NCBI GenBank assembly: GCA_039621445.1
Contig: CP154954.1
Span: 8,992,634-9,056,633 of the forward strand
Reading direction: 5' to 3'
DNA length: 64,000 nucleotides
Origin: Euglena gracilis
Taxonomy: Eukaryota
The position numbers and the translations under genes were made by a program. Below the pieces are notes generated by a model. It had not been told where the DNA came from and did no database searches. It saw only the letters and a list, made by a program, of their open reading frames with translations. Of the stretch, positions 62,181 to 64,000 are shown one piece after another (within the stretch, counting starts at the first letter, position 1; every line of letters starts with the position of its first letter).

Positions 62181-62208
62181 CGAAAAAAATAGACGCGAAT
62201 CAGAAAGT
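62181..62208 (-). other. Degenerate spliced-leader relic just upstream of ATG 62165
   Basis: Minus strand ACTTTCTGATTCGCGTCTATTTTTTTCG vs Euglena SL ACTTTCTGAGTGTCTATTTTTTTTCG. Confidence 0.7.
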
Positions 62209-62249
62209 AGATTAGGAATCACGCGAAAGTTAGCACATGACATAAAGAG

Positions 62250-62275
62250 ACTTTCTGAGTGTCTATTTTTTTTCG
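62250..62275 (+). other. Perfect euglenid spliced-leader exon sequence, not followed by a GT donor
   Basis: ACTTTCTGAGTGTCTATTTTTTTTCG (26 nt), followed by caaaatacATG. Confidence 0.88.
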
Positions 62276-62346
62276 CAAAATACATGGCGGACAATTGAAA
62301 GCCCCTGGTGGGGACAAACTAAGCCAAGAGTTCAACTATCATCGCA

Positions 62347-63200
62347 AGTCCTGCTGGTGCAGGCAGAAGAAGTCCTGCTGGTGCAGGCAGAAGCTGAAGT
62401 CCTGCTGGTGCAGGCAGAAGTCAAGTACAAGTACAATACCAGAAGTCAAAGGTACAAGCTCAAGACAAGACATTCAAGAACCCAAGTCCTTGGGCTTCTC
62501 AGCCCTTATTGGTCTTGCTGCTGCAGAACTTCACCATGCTGCTGTTGGCTGTATTGGGCCTGAAAAGGCCCCCCCTGCTACAGGGCCTGAAAAGGCCCCT
62601 TCAACCACTGGGCCTGAAAAGGCCCCCCCAGTTTTTGGGCCTGCAAAGGCCCCCCCAGTTTTTGGGCCTGCAAAGGCCCCCCCAGTTTTTGGGCCTGCAA
62701 AGGCCCCCCCAGTTTTTGGGCCTGCAAAGGCCCCCCCCTTTGGGCCTGCAAAGGCCCCCCATCTGCCAACCATTAAGTGGAACTTTCAGCTCCAGTGTCT
62801 TCTTTTCGGTGTTCTGCATTGCATCCCAAACTTCTGATCAATTGAAGTGGCAAACCCCCAGTTTTCACAGCACATGTTACACCAAAAGCTCTGACACATT
62901 TTGCTGCAGTTTTGACTTGACATTGAGAAACATTTTGCCACCCCAACCCCTCAGTGACACTTTTTGCAGCAGTTTTGACTTGACATTGAAAAACATTTTG
63001 CCACCCCAACAGTGTCCTGCAAAGTCACTGGGCCTGCAAAGGCCCCCCTGTGACACCATTTCGGTCTGTTGCACCATTTTGCCCCAGTGGCCTGCAAAGG
63101 CCCTGGGCCTGCAAAGGCCCCCCTGTGACACCTTTTTGTCCTGTTGCAGCATTTTGTCCCAGTGGCCTGCAAAGGCCATGGGCCTGCAGAGGCCCCCCCC
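62347..63200 (+). repeat. Tandem repeats: 21-nt aagtcctgctggtgcaggcag x3, then 27-nt gggcctgcaaaggcccccccagttttt array and dispersed copies
   Basis: Directly visible; the unit contains the hairpin GGGCC-TGCAAA-GGCCC. Confidence 0.85.
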
Positions 63201-64000
63201 TGACACCATTTTTGCTCTCAGCCTGAAAAGCCCCCGACAAACTGGCAAACCATGTTCCTCCACATTTTGGACATTTTGGACTGCAACAGTGGCCCCCCAG
63301 CCAGACAGCACATCCACTTTTTGGTCTGCAACACTGGCCCCCCAGCCAGCCAGTTCTGCGGGATTCTACTGGCCTGCAACCTTCCCACCTCAGCAAAATA
63401 AACCGGACAACCCCCAGGTTCCGCCTCCGCTGACCAGAAGAAACCACCCAACGTTGGCCAAACAAATAAAAGTGCTGGTGCCTTACGTTTCTGCGAAAGA
63501 CAGCACACAGCCTACCCTACCAGCATCGGGAGGGGCAGGCCGAGGTCGGTCTTTACTGACCTGCGGGGACATTGAGAGTAACCCCGGGCCTCCTACAACC
63601 CCACCATCTGTTCCGGGTGAAGATATTGACATGGCGCCAGCATCACAAACCTCAATAACTCCTGCTGCACCGCCGCCCGCAGAGCACCCTTCGGTGTCGG
63701 GTGAGGACGTTGACATGGCGCCAGCTTCACAAATTTCCATCCCCCCATCCGCACCACCACCCGCAGTGCCACCATTGGAAAGGGGATCTTGGTTCCCAAA
63801 TCTGCCGGGTCCATTGTTCTTTGGCCAACAAGGCCTCCCCTCAATGTGCTCCACGGTCATCATGGAGAACCCAATTGGCACACAAGGACCAGGACCCTTC
63901 CCTCCGTCAGATGTTGGGGCCATTTGGATGCAAGCAAATCAGGCGACGCCCTTCCTGAACTTCTCCAACCTCCCTTTGGGTGCCAGCTCTTCATCCTCAG

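Larger units (their letters stand above)
56506..62208 (-). mobile_element. CRE-like (RLE-type) non-LTR retrotransposon with amino-MTase and two 2A-like peptides; 3' end truncated
   Basis: RT and RLE motifs; upstream MTase, Zn motifs and 2A; 5' limit inferred from the SL relic, so membership of 60470-62165 is less certain. Confidence 0.8.

Noticed and set aside
62250-62350. Functional SL-RNA gene
   Set aside because: No GT donor after the exon and no tandem SL/5S array visible.
62557-62760. CRISPR-like palindromic repeat array
   Set aside because: Units are contiguous with no unique spacers, no cas genes, eukaryotic context.

Overview
Eukaryotic, repeat-dense window with no recognisable host housekeeping gene. 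A perfect 26-nt Euglena-type spliced leader (62250-62275) points to a euglenid genome. The window is a nest of decayed retroelements: (A) two chromodomain Ty3/Gypsy elements (A1, A2) with a C5-cytosine DNA methyltransferase directly before the protease, a gag-UGA-plus-hairpin readthrough signal and long repeat-filled LTRs; (B) three pieces of a second chromodomain Gypsy family, the most complete with a Dam/DIRS-MT-like amino-methyltransferase before RT, and two with a conserved unknown Zn-binding ORF after pol; (C) a minus-strand CRE-like non-LTR element (RT + restriction-like endonuclease) with a homologous amino-methyltransferase bracketed by two 2A-like ribosome-skip peptides and a degenerate spliced leader at its apparent 5' end. 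There are also a DIRS-type RT fragment, an inverted gag-protease fragment, tandem and inverted repeats, and a 2-kb duplication. Most notable: three retrotransposon families each carry a DNA methyltransferase, of two enzyme classes. All domain calls come from reading motifs by eye; no database search was run.
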